Shown here: positions 1-8,372 of the stretch, in pieces | How the letters are laid out: each line of letters opens with the position of its first letter | Numbering within the stretch: position 1 is the stretch's first letter | IMG/VR virus record: IMGVR_UViG_3300023092_000001 | Coordinates: 6,825 to 70,824 of that record | Direction: 5' to 3' (one strand) | DNA from: a virus | Taxonomy: Duplodnaviria > Caudoviricetes | DNA length: 64,000 nucleotides | Made by a program: the position numbers and the translations under genes | The notes under the pieces: generated by a model | What the model was told of the DNA's origin: nothing | The model's input: the letters and a program-made list of their open reading frames with translations, nothing else | Database searches by the model: none

Positions 1-436
1 CCTTTTTGTAGAGGGGTGATTCGGGCACATACTTGCCATCTTGGAAGACCGAAAAATCGAAGGCGCACCCGTGATTATGCCAGGATGAGCCGGGCTTAGC
101 GCGGGTCACAATCGGTCCCGGCTTAGTTCTACCTTGTGCATATAGGGCGGCCTGCTCCTCATACGTGCGGGTGCCGCTCGTTATCTTGATCTCAATCCCA
201 GCCTCCTTAGCCTTAGTGATCAGCATCCTCGCATACGACCTCACTTGAGGAAGGAGGGTTTGGATGTTCTTCTCGCTGCGGGCGTCGATGCCTGTGGATA
301 GATCCTGGGCTGCCGCTGGAGCGCTGACAGCAGGAAGTTTAGCGTCAAGAGCCGCGATTGTCAGAAGTCCAGGATTACCGTCGTCAGCAACATTCAGGCG
401 GCGCTGAACGAGCTTTATGAAGTCGAGAGGTGTCAT
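1..436 (-). CDS. Endolysin, peptidase M15 family (L-Ala-D-Glu peptidase-like); 3' end truncated by window edge
   Basis: Not in the ORF track. Manual translation from ATG 436: MTPLDFIKLVQRRLNVADDGNPG...ITSGTRTYEEQAALYAQGRTKPGPIVTRAKPGSSWHNHGCAFDFSVF. Contains the SxHxxGxAxD zinc motif and the RTxEEQxxLYAQGRT segment typical of CwlK/Ply500-like enzymes. The start overlaps the upstream stop (TAATG). Confidence 0.85.
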   Translation of the reverse strand, partial: MTPLDFIKLVQRRLNVADDGNPGLLTIAALDAKLPAVSAPAAAQDLSTGIDARSEKNIQTLLPQVRSYARMLITKAKEAGIEIKITSGTRTYEEQAALYAQGRTKPGPIVTRAKPGSSWHNHGCAFDFSVFQDGKYVPESPLYKK

Positions 437-969
437 TACGGATTAGGTAGGTGTTGGCTATACGAAGGGAAGAAGAAGGGGCCTGCGGGATATGGGGCAA
501 CCTTGCCCAAGGGGCCGCTGTTCCAGATTATGGAATTCATGCGGTGTTGCTCGGACATGAAGCGGTTTGTGCCATCGCCAAGGGTCTTGAACTGGCCCTC
601 GACAGCTAAATATTTCTCCTTGTTCGCGGCCATAGCTTCCCGCAAAACGATGATGGACTCGCTGTTGGCGTGCGCCCTGCTCTCTAGGCCCTCCCGGTCC
701 TTGAGACTGATGGCATTAGCGATCATCACAGGGATGAGGCTATTCTGACTCTTGAGGTCGATGATGTACCAAACGCCAGCAGTGACCGTTAGGAGCATGC
801 CCACCAAGCTGATTATCATCGGCCAGTTGGTGCGCTGGCTTGCGCTGAAGGAAGCGGACATTGCCCGGACTTCGGAGGCAATGGAGGCTACCGCGCCCTT
901 AATGCCAGCAACCTCGCTCTCAAGACGAACGATGGCGCTCTTCTGGTCTTCCTCTTCGAGTCCGCTCAT
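436..969 (-). CDS. Single-TM coiled-coil protein (XhlA/holin-accessory-like), paralog of 16771..17325
   Basis: Coiled-coil N-terminus, one hydrophobic helix (WPMIISLVGMLLTVTAGVWYII), coupled to the endolysin start. Confidence 0.6.
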   Translation of the reverse strand: MSGLEEEDQKSAIVRLESEVAGIKGAVASIASEVRAMSASFSASQRTNWPMIISLVGMLLTVTAGVWYIIDLKSQNSLIPVMIANAISLKDREGLESRAHANSESIIVLREAMAANKEKYLAVEGQFKTLGDGTNRFMSEQHRMNSIIWNSGPLGKVAPYPAGPFFFPSYSQHLPNP

Positions 970-1173
970 TTAGGTGAGAGCAAGAAGAAGCTGGATGAGG
1001 TAGATGACGCCAACTAAAGCGATGATGGCTTTTGCGATTTTTGCAAAAGGGTCAGGCAATCCGACATACCCAATGAACCAAAATAGCAAGTACAGCACCA
1101 ACCCAACAACGACGAGTTGGATCAAAATAGGGACAAGGCCCTCAAGCGAGAGGGCGGCAAGGAGAGAGATCAT
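970..1173 (-). CDS. Small two-TM membrane protein, holin candidate
   Basis: From ATG 1173: MISLLAALSLEGLVPILIQLVVVGLVLYLLFWFIGYVGLPDPFAKIAKAIIALVGVIYLIQLLLALT. Two hydrophobic helices around a GLPDPF turn; lies in the lysis cassette. Confidence 0.55.
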   Translation of the reverse strand: MISLLAALSLEGLVPILIQLVVVGLVLYLLFWFIGYVGLPDPFAKIAKAIIALVGVIYLIQLLLALT

Positions 1174-1183
1174 AAGCCTGAGA

Positions 1184-1432
1184 TTACGACACTTTAGGAG
1201 GGGTGGAAAGGGGAATATCCAGGCGCTCCAGCCCAAAGAGGATCATGCCGTCCTTCACGTCCAGGGTCTTCAGCTTCGCCTCTAACTCTTCCGCGAACTT
1301 GCGGGCGAGTTGCCGCTGAAGGCCGTACCGTTTGCAGGTTTCGGGTGAGAGGACGAGCGTTGTGCGTCCATAGGTGGTGAGTTCGGCGGCTAGGCGCTCT
1401 AGGACAGTTTGAGGCGGTGGGGATTCGGGCAT
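1184..1432 (-). CDS. Hypothetical protein
   Basis: 82-aa ORF at the head of the leftward operon; preceded by TTGATC-N16-CATCAT-N6-ATG. Confidence 0.5.
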   Translation of the reverse strand: MPESPPPQTVLERLAAELTTYGRTTLVLSPETCKRYGLQRQLARKFAEELEAKLKTLDVKDGMILFGLERLDIPLSTPPKVS

Positions 1433-1483
1433 GAAAAGATGATGGCAGATTGTTGTTGCAGATCAATACGCATTCTGGCATCA

Positions 1484-1645
1484 GTGCGCACTGTGGCCTA
1501 TAAAAGGATTAACATGACCCTCCCACCCGCCCTCCTCAAGGAGGCGGCTGAGTTTGTGCCTCGTCGAGGCTTATCGGGTCTCGTTGCTCGACTTCTCAGG
1601 AAATGGCTGGACGAAAAGAAGAAGGAGAAAGAAAACGAAGTATGA
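1484..1645 (+). CDS. Ribbon-helix-helix DNA-binding protein
   Basis: From GTG 1484: KRINMTLPPALLKEAAEFVPRRGLSGLVARLLRKWLDE fits the RHH strand-helix-helix pattern; stop overlaps the next ATG. Confidence 0.6.
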   Translation: MRTVAYKRINMTLPPALLKEAAEFVPRRGLSGLVARLLRKWLDEKKKEKENEV

Positions 1646-2148
1646 GTGAAACAGCATTATCACGACCACACCTAGCCAAGTTCTGTGTGGGGCTTGGACT
1701 AGACATTGGCTTTGGGGGCGACGCTATCGTTCCCCACGCAATCACTTTCGATATGCCCCAGCCATACACCAATGTTGGTGGCGACAAGCAGATCATGCGT
1801 GGCGACTGCGCAGATCTGAGCATGTTCTGCGACGAGTCTTTGGCTTGGATTCATAGCTCCCATGTTTTGGAGGACTGGACCTATACTGATTTGGTGGGAA
1901 TTCTACGAGAGTGGCGTCGAGTCCTCAAACCAGATGGCGTGATCGTTACAAATTGCCCGGACCAGAAGAAATTTAAGGCGTACATCGCCATCAGCAAACA
2001 GGGGGATAATTTATCCCACAAGGAGCAGGACTTCTCCCTTCAGAACTTCAAGGATCGTGTCCTTGAGCCCACTGGGCCATGGGAAACGGTGTACGAGATG
2101 CCTGACGATGGGAAGTATTCTTGGTATCTGGCCGTCAAGAAAGTATGA
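1642..2148 (+). CDS. Class I SAM-dependent methyltransferase (small-molecule/glycan type)
   Basis: GLDIGFGG motif I and IHSSHVLED...EWRRVLKPDGV, typical of Methyltransf_11-like proteins; ATGA coupling at 1642. Confidence 0.8.
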   Translation: MSETALSRPHLAKFCVGLGLDIGFGGDAIVPHAITFDMPQPYTNVGGDKQIMRGDCADLSMFCDESLAWIHSSHVLEDWTYTDLVGILREWRRVLKPDGVIVTNCPDQKKFKAYIAISKQGDNLSHKEQDFSLQNFKDRVLEPTGPWETVYEMPDDGKYSWYLAVKKV

Positions 2149-2177
2149 ATTGCCTGATTGCTAGTGCCGTGTTAGTA

Positions 2178-2226
2178 GTTCGCCTCACCACCCAGTTTCC
2201 GCTGGATGGTGAGACTAACCTCAACA
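2178..2226 (+). promoter_or_regulatory. Conserved hairpin leader upstream of HNH gene 1
   Basis: GTTCGC-CTCACCA-c-CCAG-tttccg-CTGG-a-TGGTGAG-a-CTAACC-t-CAACA; same architecture as 6538..6587. Confidence 0.6.
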
Positions 2227-2240
2227 CGACTATTACTCGC

Positions 2241-2915
2241 ATGAAGGCTGAAAATACTGAAGCAGCGTCAAGCCCATTCCGCAATGGCGGAGGTAAATTA
2301 ATTGATCTCACTGGCCGAAAATTTGGAAGATTGTCAGTCATCGGTAGGCATCCACAAAACGCCAAAAACAAATCTCCGATGTGGGAATGCGTATGTGGAT
2401 GTGGCTCCGAGACTATTGTTAGTGGAACTCACCTTAGAGGAGGACATACGCAATCTTGCGGATGTAAAGGCAGGGAGGCTTTAGCTGGGCGATCATGTAC
2501 CCACAAAATGAGTAAAAGCGTTGAGCATAATACATGGTCAAAAATAAAAGCAAGGTGCCACAACCCAACAGATAAATGCTTTAGGTATTACGGAGCACGC
2601 GGGATCTCAGTCTGCGATAGATGGAGGTTCTCATTCGAGAACTTCTTTGCTGATATGGGTTTGCGACCAAGAGGAACAACCATTGATCGCATCGATAATG
2701 ATGGGAACTATGAACCGTCCAACTGTCGTTGGGCTACAAAAACTCAGCAAGCCAGAAACAAAAGGCGCTCTCTCAGATTTGAGTGGGATGGGGCTCTGAT
2801 GCAGATAAATGATATTTGCGACAAGGTAGGGATTCCCCGAGGTCTGGTTTATCAGAGAGTTAGGGCAGGATGGGATCATTACAGGGCCTTCACACAGCCA
2901 ATTCGTCGATCATGA
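2241..2915 (+). CDS. Freestanding HNH-type homing endonuclease
   Basis: DLTGRKFGRL..WECVCGCG..SCGC..ARCHNP..YYGARGISVCDRW..FFADMG.RP..TIDRIDNDGNYEPSNCRWAT; classic phage HNH signature. Probable start ATG 2241, after the hairpin leader. Confidence 0.85.
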   Translation: MKAENTEAASSPFRNGGGKLIDLTGRKFGRLSVIGRHPQNAKNKSPMWECVCGCGSETIVSGTHLRGGHTQSCGCKGREALAGRSCTHKMSKSVEHNTWSKIKARCHNPTDKCFRYYGARGISVCDRWRFSFENFFADMGLRPRGTTIDRIDNDGNYEPSNCRWATKTQQARNKRRSLRFEWDGALMQINDICDKVGIPRGLVYQRVRAGWDHYRAFTQPIRRS

Positions 2916-3877
2916 CTCCAAAGCTTTTTATTTGCAGTTCTCACGCATCAGGCGAAATCGACCCCACGATGATGGCGAACCTCTTCGCTCATCTGCCGAA
3001 TCGCGTTGCATCTGCCCATGAAGCGGACGCCGTGATCGTGGTGGTTGGGTATAGTGGAGACTACCGGTTCAACGAGGCTCTCCGCAGCATCTCGAAGCCC
3101 ATAATCCTGGTCGATTTGCTTGAGTACTTTGGGTTTTGTAGCAACCGCACGCATCTTTTTGGGATCGACGAGCTTCCGCCTAACATGCTTGGCGTGGGTG
3201 AATGGGGCACTCTGGATGAGTGGGTAAAGCACAATCCACCAGCTCTTTACTTCAAGAGGGAGTTATGGGAGGCAGATCGGCATGAGAAACTTCTTCCCAT
3301 CGAGTGGCCGTGCGTTCTTGATGCCTGGGCCATCGAATCCAAGGAGGCCTTCGACCGACGCCCGTTCCAGCTTTATTATTCTTGGGGATATTCCAATCCC
3401 ATCCGCCCGCGCCTCGCCTCGGAGATCTACGAACTCATGGCAGATGGCCTGATTGAGGTCATCGCCTCCCATGACCATATCGACGCCAAGCTCCACGAGA
3501 CCAATCGCCGATGGGTCAGCGTTCATGTCCCGCATACCCACCGCCTCCCTATTGGCGAGCTGATGCGCAGGCAGGCTCAAAGCAAGATGAGCGTGTCGCT
3601 CCCTGGCTCTGGGCGCTGTTGCTTCAGATCGACAGAAGCGCCTCTGCACACCGTTCCTGTGATGCTTGATGACGGCCACGCGTGGTCTCATCCCTGGATT
3701 GAAGGCGAGAACTGCATCCGCATCAACGAGTATCAGATGGGCCGACAACTAGAGCGTGAGACTCAACGCGACGATCTCCACCCCATCTACGTTGCGGCTC
3801 AAGAGAACTTAGAGCGGTATCGCACGATCCCGTACATCAACAACTACATCCTGCCAGCTATCGAAAGAGTTTTATGA
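2912..3877 (+). CDS. Glycosyltransferase, exostosin/GT47-like (GT-B) candidate
   Basis: C-terminal SKMSVSLPGSGRCCFRSTEAP..TVPV resembles the exostosin S.F.L.P.G.G...R..EA....PV block; N-terminal EADAVIVV also fits. Confidence 0.55.
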   Translation: MTPKLFICSSHASGEIDPTMMANLFAHLPNRVASAHEADAVIVVVGYSGDYRFNEALRSISKPIILVDLLEYFGFCSNRTHLFGIDELPPNMLGVGEWGTLDEWVKHNPPALYFKRELWEADRHEKLLPIEWPCVLDAWAIESKEAFDRRPFQLYYSWGYSNPIRPRLASEIYELMADGLIEVIASHDHIDAKLHETNRRWVSVHVPHTHRLPIGELMRRQAQSKMSVSLPGSGRCCFRSTEAPLHTVPVMLDDGHAWSHPWIEGENCIRINEYQMGRQLERETQRDDLHPIYVAAQENLERYRTIPYINNYILPAIERVL

Positions 3878-4395
3878 TCACCCACTTCTTTGTTTTTGAT
3901 GTTGAATCAGTTGGCCTTCATGGGGAGGCTTACGCTGTTGCTGGCGTCGTTATTGACGGCTCAGGCACTGAGCATCTAGCCTTTAAGATGGCGGTCAATC
4001 CAGCGAAGTGCGAGGGGGAGGATGGCGACCGCAAGTGGATTGCTGAAAACGTGCCATTTATAGAGGTGACGCACCAAGAGTCCGTGAAGATGCGCGACTC
4101 ATTTTGGTCCCTATGGCTAAGGGCCAAGGGTGACTATCCTGGGATTGTAATGGCCTCTGAATGCGGCTGGCCTGTAGAATCCAGATTCCTTAATTCAGTG
4201 ATCGACGATGCACGCCATGATCGAAACTGGGATGGCCCGTATCCACTTCATGATGTGGCCTCAGTAATGTTGGCCGCTGGGATGGACCCAATGGCTACCT
4301 ATGACCGGCTTCCAAATGAAGAGCCCAAGCATTGCCCGCTGGCTGATTCTCGTCAGTCTGCTCGGTTGTTGCTTGAGGCGCTAAATACCCTATGA
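3874..4395 (+). CDS. DEDDh 3'-5' exonuclease-like protein
   Basis: FVFDVESVG (ExoI), LHDVAS, and HCPLAD (ExoIII HxxxxD). Confidence 0.7.
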   Translation: MITHFFVFDVESVGLHGEAYAVAGVVIDGSGTEHLAFKMAVNPAKCEGEDGDRKWIAENVPFIEVTHQESVKMRDSFWSLWLRAKGDYPGIVMASECGWPVESRFLNSVIDDARHDRNWDGPYPLHDVASVMLAAGMDPMATYDRLPNEEPKHCPLADSRQSARLLLEALNTL

Positions 4396-5144
4396 AATCC
4401 GTCGAAGAACTACAGCTCTCACACGAGGCCCTCCAAATCGGAGTTCCTGATGGCATGATGCGCTTTACGGAGGACATCACGATTCCCTACACAACCGAGT
4501 CCAAGTTCGGGTTCGAGTTCTTCCGTTGGCGCTCGCCCGAGATGGTGGCCGAGATGGATTGCTTTATCGAACATGCGAGGGGCAAGAAGTGCTTTATGGA
4601 CGTTGGCGCTCTGCATGGCGTGTTCTCGTTGGTGTTCACGGCACTGAATCCTGATGGGGTGGCGTATGCAATCGAACCTCATGCTGAGTCTTTTATCAGT
4701 CTGTGCAAACAGATTAATGGAGACGAGCAGGTGATAGCTTTTTGTGATGCTTTATCAGACCATGATGGGGTTTTATCTATGGGGATGGAGTGGGGTATGC
4801 ATCTTGTTGCAGGCTTGCCGAACGGAGCTTCTGATGTGCCATGTACAACGGCAGATTTATTCTGCGCCGGGTATTTAATTAAGCCAGACCTCATCAAAAT
4901 CGACGTTGAAGGCCACGAGGCTCACGTCCTCCGTGGACTCAAGGCCACAATCGCCGATCACCACCCTACAATCTTCCTTGAGATCCACCCTAAGCGGCTA
5001 GCGGCCTGCGGAGAAGATGTCCAGGAGATGCTCGAAGCCCTGATGACTCAAGGATACTCGGCCACAGATACGCTTACCAATGAGCCTATCGGGTGGATGG
5101 AGATCCTGGCTAAGACCGAAGATTCACGCATCATTTTTACCTAA
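4392..5144 (+). CDS. FkbM-family methyltransferase 1
   Basis: FMDVGALHG, AIEPH, LIKIDVEGHEAHVLRG, PTIFLEIH. Confidence 0.85.
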   Translation: MKSVEELQLSHEALQIGVPDGMMRFTEDITIPYTTESKFGFEFFRWRSPEMVAEMDCFIEHARGKKCFMDVGALHGVFSLVFTALNPDGVAYAIEPHAESFISLCKQINGDEQVIAFCDALSDHDGVLSMGMEWGMHLVAGLPNGASDVPCTTADLFCAGYLIKPDLIKIDVEGHEAHVLRGLKATIADHHPTIFLEIHPKRLAACGEDVQEMLEALMTQGYSATDTLTNEPIGWMEILAKTEDSRIIFT

Positions 5145-5148
5145 CTAC

Positions 5149-5760
5149 ATGGATTTCGAACTGATTAAACGCCATATCGACCCTGTATCGTGCCTTGATA
5201 TTGGAGCTAATTCTGGGGCGTGGCACAACGAGGCCCGCCTCCATTGGCCTAACGCGTACTTCTTTCTGATCGAGGCAAACCCCGAGTGCGCGGAGGCCAT
5301 CGCCCAAACTGGGGCTTCCCACCGCATTACGGCCCTGAGTGACTGTGAAAAGGATGTGACTTTTTACACCCGAAAGGACGCACCTGGGTGTACAGGATGC
5401 AGCTATAAGAAAGAGGTCGGCACACCCTTCTATGAGGGCGAAAAAGCCGTTCCTCACATCATACGGACCCAGCGCCTGGATGACGTGGTCGAGGGGATGC
5501 CGTTTCAGTTGATCAAGATCGACACTCAAGGGAGCGAGCTTGAGATCCTGCGCGGGGGGCTGAATACCCTGGCCTCGGCTAAGGCGGTTGTGATGGAGTT
5601 GAGCCTAACTATCTATAACGAAGGCTCTCCCTTGGCGGATGAGCAGATTGAGTTTATGGCATCCCAGGGCTTCTATCTGGCGGAGAAACTGGGAACAATC
5701 TCACGGTGTATCGAGCCGTTTGACCCCATTCAGGAGGATGCTCTCTTTTTGAGGAAATGA
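5149..5760 (+). CDS. FkbM-family methyltransferase 2
   Basis: CLDIGANSG, LIEANP, RLDD, LIKIDTQGSELEILRGG; start ATG 5149. Confidence 0.85.
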   Translation: MDFELIKRHIDPVSCLDIGANSGAWHNEARLHWPNAYFFLIEANPECAEAIAQTGASHRITALSDCEKDVTFYTRKDAPGCTGCSYKKEVGTPFYEGEKAVPHIIRTQRLDDVVEGMPFQLIKIDTQGSELEILRGGLNTLASAKAVVMELSLTIYNEGSPLADEQIEFMASQGFYLAEKLGTISRCIEPFDPIQEDALFLRK

Positions 5761-6500
5761 ATCTGCAAATCGTAACAGTGGCCGATGGCCCGCCAACGCA
5801 CAGCTATCTCGTTCGAGGGTGGCAGGCTTTCAATGATTCCTGCCGACGTTATGGGTTTGATCCTGTTGTGCTTGGTTGGGGGCAGCTGTGGGGAGGGCTT
5901 GGGACTAAGCCTAAGCTGCTAAAGAGGGCGATTGAGGATGGCGCGGTCAGCGCTGATTATATCATTTTCGCAGATGCGTTTGATGTGGTATTCGCTCGCG
6001 ATCCATTACAGGCGCTAGTCACCTTTCAAGAAAACTGGGAGGAATCATATAAGATCATGTGGAATGCCGAGAAGCCCTGCTTCCCTGACGCCTCATTGGC
6101 TCAATTTCACCCAGAATCACCATTTCCTTGGAAGTATCTAAACAGCGGCCTATCCATAGGTACTCCAACCAGTTATCACCAAATCCTTAGTGAGATGGGT
6201 GTTGATGGGTGGGTTGACGACTTCCAAGTAAACGGAGTATGGTCGCACAAAAATGACCAGTTGGACGTACAGCATAAGTTCTTATTCGGCCAATGCGCTC
6301 CTCACGAGTTGAAGATGGGCCTAGACTCCGAGTGCTCAATGTTCCAGACGATTATTGGCATGGATGAGAGCGAGTTCGAGTGGGAGAATGGCAGGTTCCG
6401 CAATAAACTCACCGGACAATTCCCAACAGCTATCCATTTTAATGGTCCAGCAAAGACCGATGGCCTTATGGAGCCAATCCTGAAACACTTAGGCCTATGA
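5757..6500 (+). CDS. PLOD/LH3-type glycosyltransferase domain protein
   Basis: GWGQLWGG, KPKLL, IIFADAFDV, NAEKPCFP, YLNSGLSIG, DQ, LDSECSMFQT, HFNG in the order of the PLOD N-terminal GT domain; no hydroxylase domain. Confidence 0.75.
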   Translation: MNLQIVTVADGPPTHSYLVRGWQAFNDSCRRYGFDPVVLGWGQLWGGLGTKPKLLKRAIEDGAVSADYIIFADAFDVVFARDPLQALVTFQENWEESYKIMWNAEKPCFPDASLAQFHPESPFPWKYLNSGLSIGTPTSYHQILSEMGVDGWVDDFQVNGVWSHKNDQLDVQHKFLFGQCAPHELKMGLDSECSMFQTIIGMDESEFEWENGRFRNKLTGQFPTAIHFNGPAKTDGLMEPILKHLGL

Positions 6501-6509
6501 ATTATCTCC

Positions 6510-6587
6510 TTGTTGTCGCTATTTTTGGCGTTAAAATGTTCGCGTCACCCACGGGTATTCGGCCCATGGGTGACGCTAACCACAACA
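6510..6587 (+). promoter_or_regulatory. Sigma70-like promoter plus conserved hairpin leader of HNH gene 2
   Basis: TTGTTG(6510)-N16-TAAAAT(6532)-GTTCGC-GTCACCCA-c-GGG-tattcgg-CCC-a-TGGGTGAC-g-CTAACC-a-CAACA. Confidence 0.6.
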
Positions 6588-6604
6588 ACAAGAAGGTAAT
6601 CGTT

Positions 6605-7309
6605 ATGGCTGATAACACCAGATCACACACGGACGCAAACGGCAAGAGGATTGATCGAGTTTTCGACTCAACAGAAAAACCAACTCTTGGAAAGTTCAAA
6701 GAATACACGGGACTGGTTAAGGGTAAATTGCGAGTGATTGGATATGCTGGGAGAAACAAGAATGGTCATTATTGGGATTGTTCATGTGATTGTGGCAAGG
6801 AACTTTCAGTAAGCGCCCAAGCGCTCTTAAGCGATAAGAAGGATTCTTGCGGATGTACAACCAGGGCCAAAATTATCGCAGCCGCTACAAAGCACGGTAG
6901 AACCAGCACCACGGAGTGGAGCATTTGGCATGGGATTCGGAAGCGGTGCTTGTGCGTAACCGATCAGGTATACCATAGATATGGCGGTCGAGGGATTGGC
7001 TTATGCCAAGAGTGGACCGACTCGTTTGAGTCATTCTTGAGGGATATGGGGCCAAGGCCGAGTATGCAGCACACGGTTGATCGTATTGACAACGATAAGG
7101 GCTACAGCCCTGAAAATTGTCGATGGGCTTTGTGGAAGCAACAGCAGCGCAACAGAAGGACTAATCATATATGGGAATATAACGGGAAGCGGTTGTGTAT
7201 AACTGAGTGGGCTGAGTTAACTGGCGTTCGAAAGGATACTCTCCGTAGGCGAGTTGTGGTGTATAAATGGAGCATTGAGAGGGCTCTAACAACGCCTCTA
7301 AATGGGTAG
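6605..7309 (+). CDS. Freestanding HNH-type homing endonuclease 2
   Basis: WDCSCDCG..SCGC..RKRC..YHRYGGRGI..CQEW..FLRDMGPRP..TVDRIDNDKGYSPENCRWA; same family as 2241..2915. Confidence 0.85.
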   Translation: MADNTRSHTDANGKRIDRVFDSTEKPTLGKFKEYTGLVKGKLRVIGYAGRNKNGHYWDCSCDCGKELSVSAQALLSDKKDSCGCTTRAKIIAAATKHGRTSTTEWSIWHGIRKRCLCVTDQVYHRYGGRGIGLCQEWTDSFESFLRDMGPRPSMQHTVDRIDNDKGYSPENCRWALWKQQQRNRRTNHIWEYNGKRLCITEWAELTGVRKDTLRRRVVVYKWSIERALTTPLNG

Positions 7310-8372
7310 CCATTCTTCTAGCGGTGACTGTGGGGACCTCTTCGTGGGGGTTCTTGGAGTGGCAGCGTCCATCCCAGGCAAGCACACAGTTTACCTACGT
7401 GACGATGGCCGAACCAAGGGCATTGTAAAGCGAGAACACATTGTTAGGCCACTCATCGAATCCCAGCCCTACATCGCTGCCTGCAAGGTTTGGAAAGACG
7501 AGCCCATCGAGTGGGAGTCCGAGAAGTTCCGTAACGGCTACCACAGCACGACTAACACCCTGCTCTTTGCCCACGCCCGCCACGCTCGGGATAATGGGGT
7601 AATTACTGAGATCCCAACGGGTGAGTTTGCATGGCTGAAGGTCGATCCTGACAAAGGCATGAGTGAGCGTGTGGTCATCAACCGCTCACCACGCTATCAA
7701 AACGACATGTTTCCGTGGGATGTGGTGGCTCAGAAGTATGGCAAGGCCCTCTTGTTCGTTGGACTTCCCGAGGAGCATTACTGGTTTGAGGAGCGCTTCG
7801 GTAAGGTTGAGTATCGACCCACCAAAGACATGCTGGAGGTCGCAAAGCTAATTGCTGGATCATTCTTGTTCATCGGCAATCAGTCTTCGGCAATGACGCT
7901 CGCAGAAGGCCTCAAAAAACGTAGGCTACAGGAAACCTGCCTAACCGTTCCTGATTGCATCTATCCAGGAGACTCAGGTGCTCAGTATGTGGCAGAAGGA
8001 TCATCCGTTCTTCCAGGCCTCGATGGCGTAGACACCATCACCTCCAGCCGAGCGCTTCGAATCGAGGAAGTCAGCACCATCTTTGTTCCCAAAGGCGGAT
8101 GGCAGTACGACTCGCCCGAGACCGGTCCACTCATGACATCGCACATCGACACCTGTGCTCGTGATGTTCACGCCAAGCTAAAAAGCTCTATCACACGTGA
8201 GCAGGCTCGCGATATGGTATTGCGGTACAATATTCAGCGCTCTCCTCGCTCCTTTATGCCTAGCTTGTCGGTTTCAAGGTTTGCGTTCGTGCAACAGGCA
8301 TTGCAATCTGCCAACATCACCAAGCATCCTGTCCTCGACCTTTTCTCGGGAAATGTTAACTTCAATCTATGA
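7302..8372 (+). CDS. GT9 (heptosyltransferase)-like GT-B protein with C-terminal extra domain
   Basis: N-terminal SGDCGD and C-lobe LEVAKLIAGSFLFIGNQSSAMTLAEGL, matching the L..i..a.lfignDSg.mHlA pattern of GT9. Confidence 0.5.
   Translation: MGSHSSSGDCGDLFVGVLGVAASIPGKHTVYLRDDGRTKGIVKREHIVRPLIESQPYIAACKVWKDEPIEWESEKFRNGYHSTTNTLLFAHARHARDNGVITEIPTGEFAWLKVDPDKGMSERVVINRSPRYQNDMFPWDVVAQKYGKALLFVGLPEEHYWFEERFGKVEYRPTKDMLEVAKLIAGSFLFIGNQSSAMTLAEGLKKRRLQETCLTVPDCIYPGDSGAQYVAEGSSVLPGLDGVDTITSSRALRIEEVSTIFVPKGGWQYDSPETGPLMTSHIDTCARDVHAKLKSSITREQARDMVLRYNIQRSPRSFMPSLSVSRFAFVQQALQSANITKHPVLDLFSGNVNFNL

Noticed and set aside
2145-7309. HNH genes as cargo of group I introns
   Set aside because: Flanking genes have complete termini and ATGA coupling; no P7/R-S core sequences were seen. 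Treated as freestanding.
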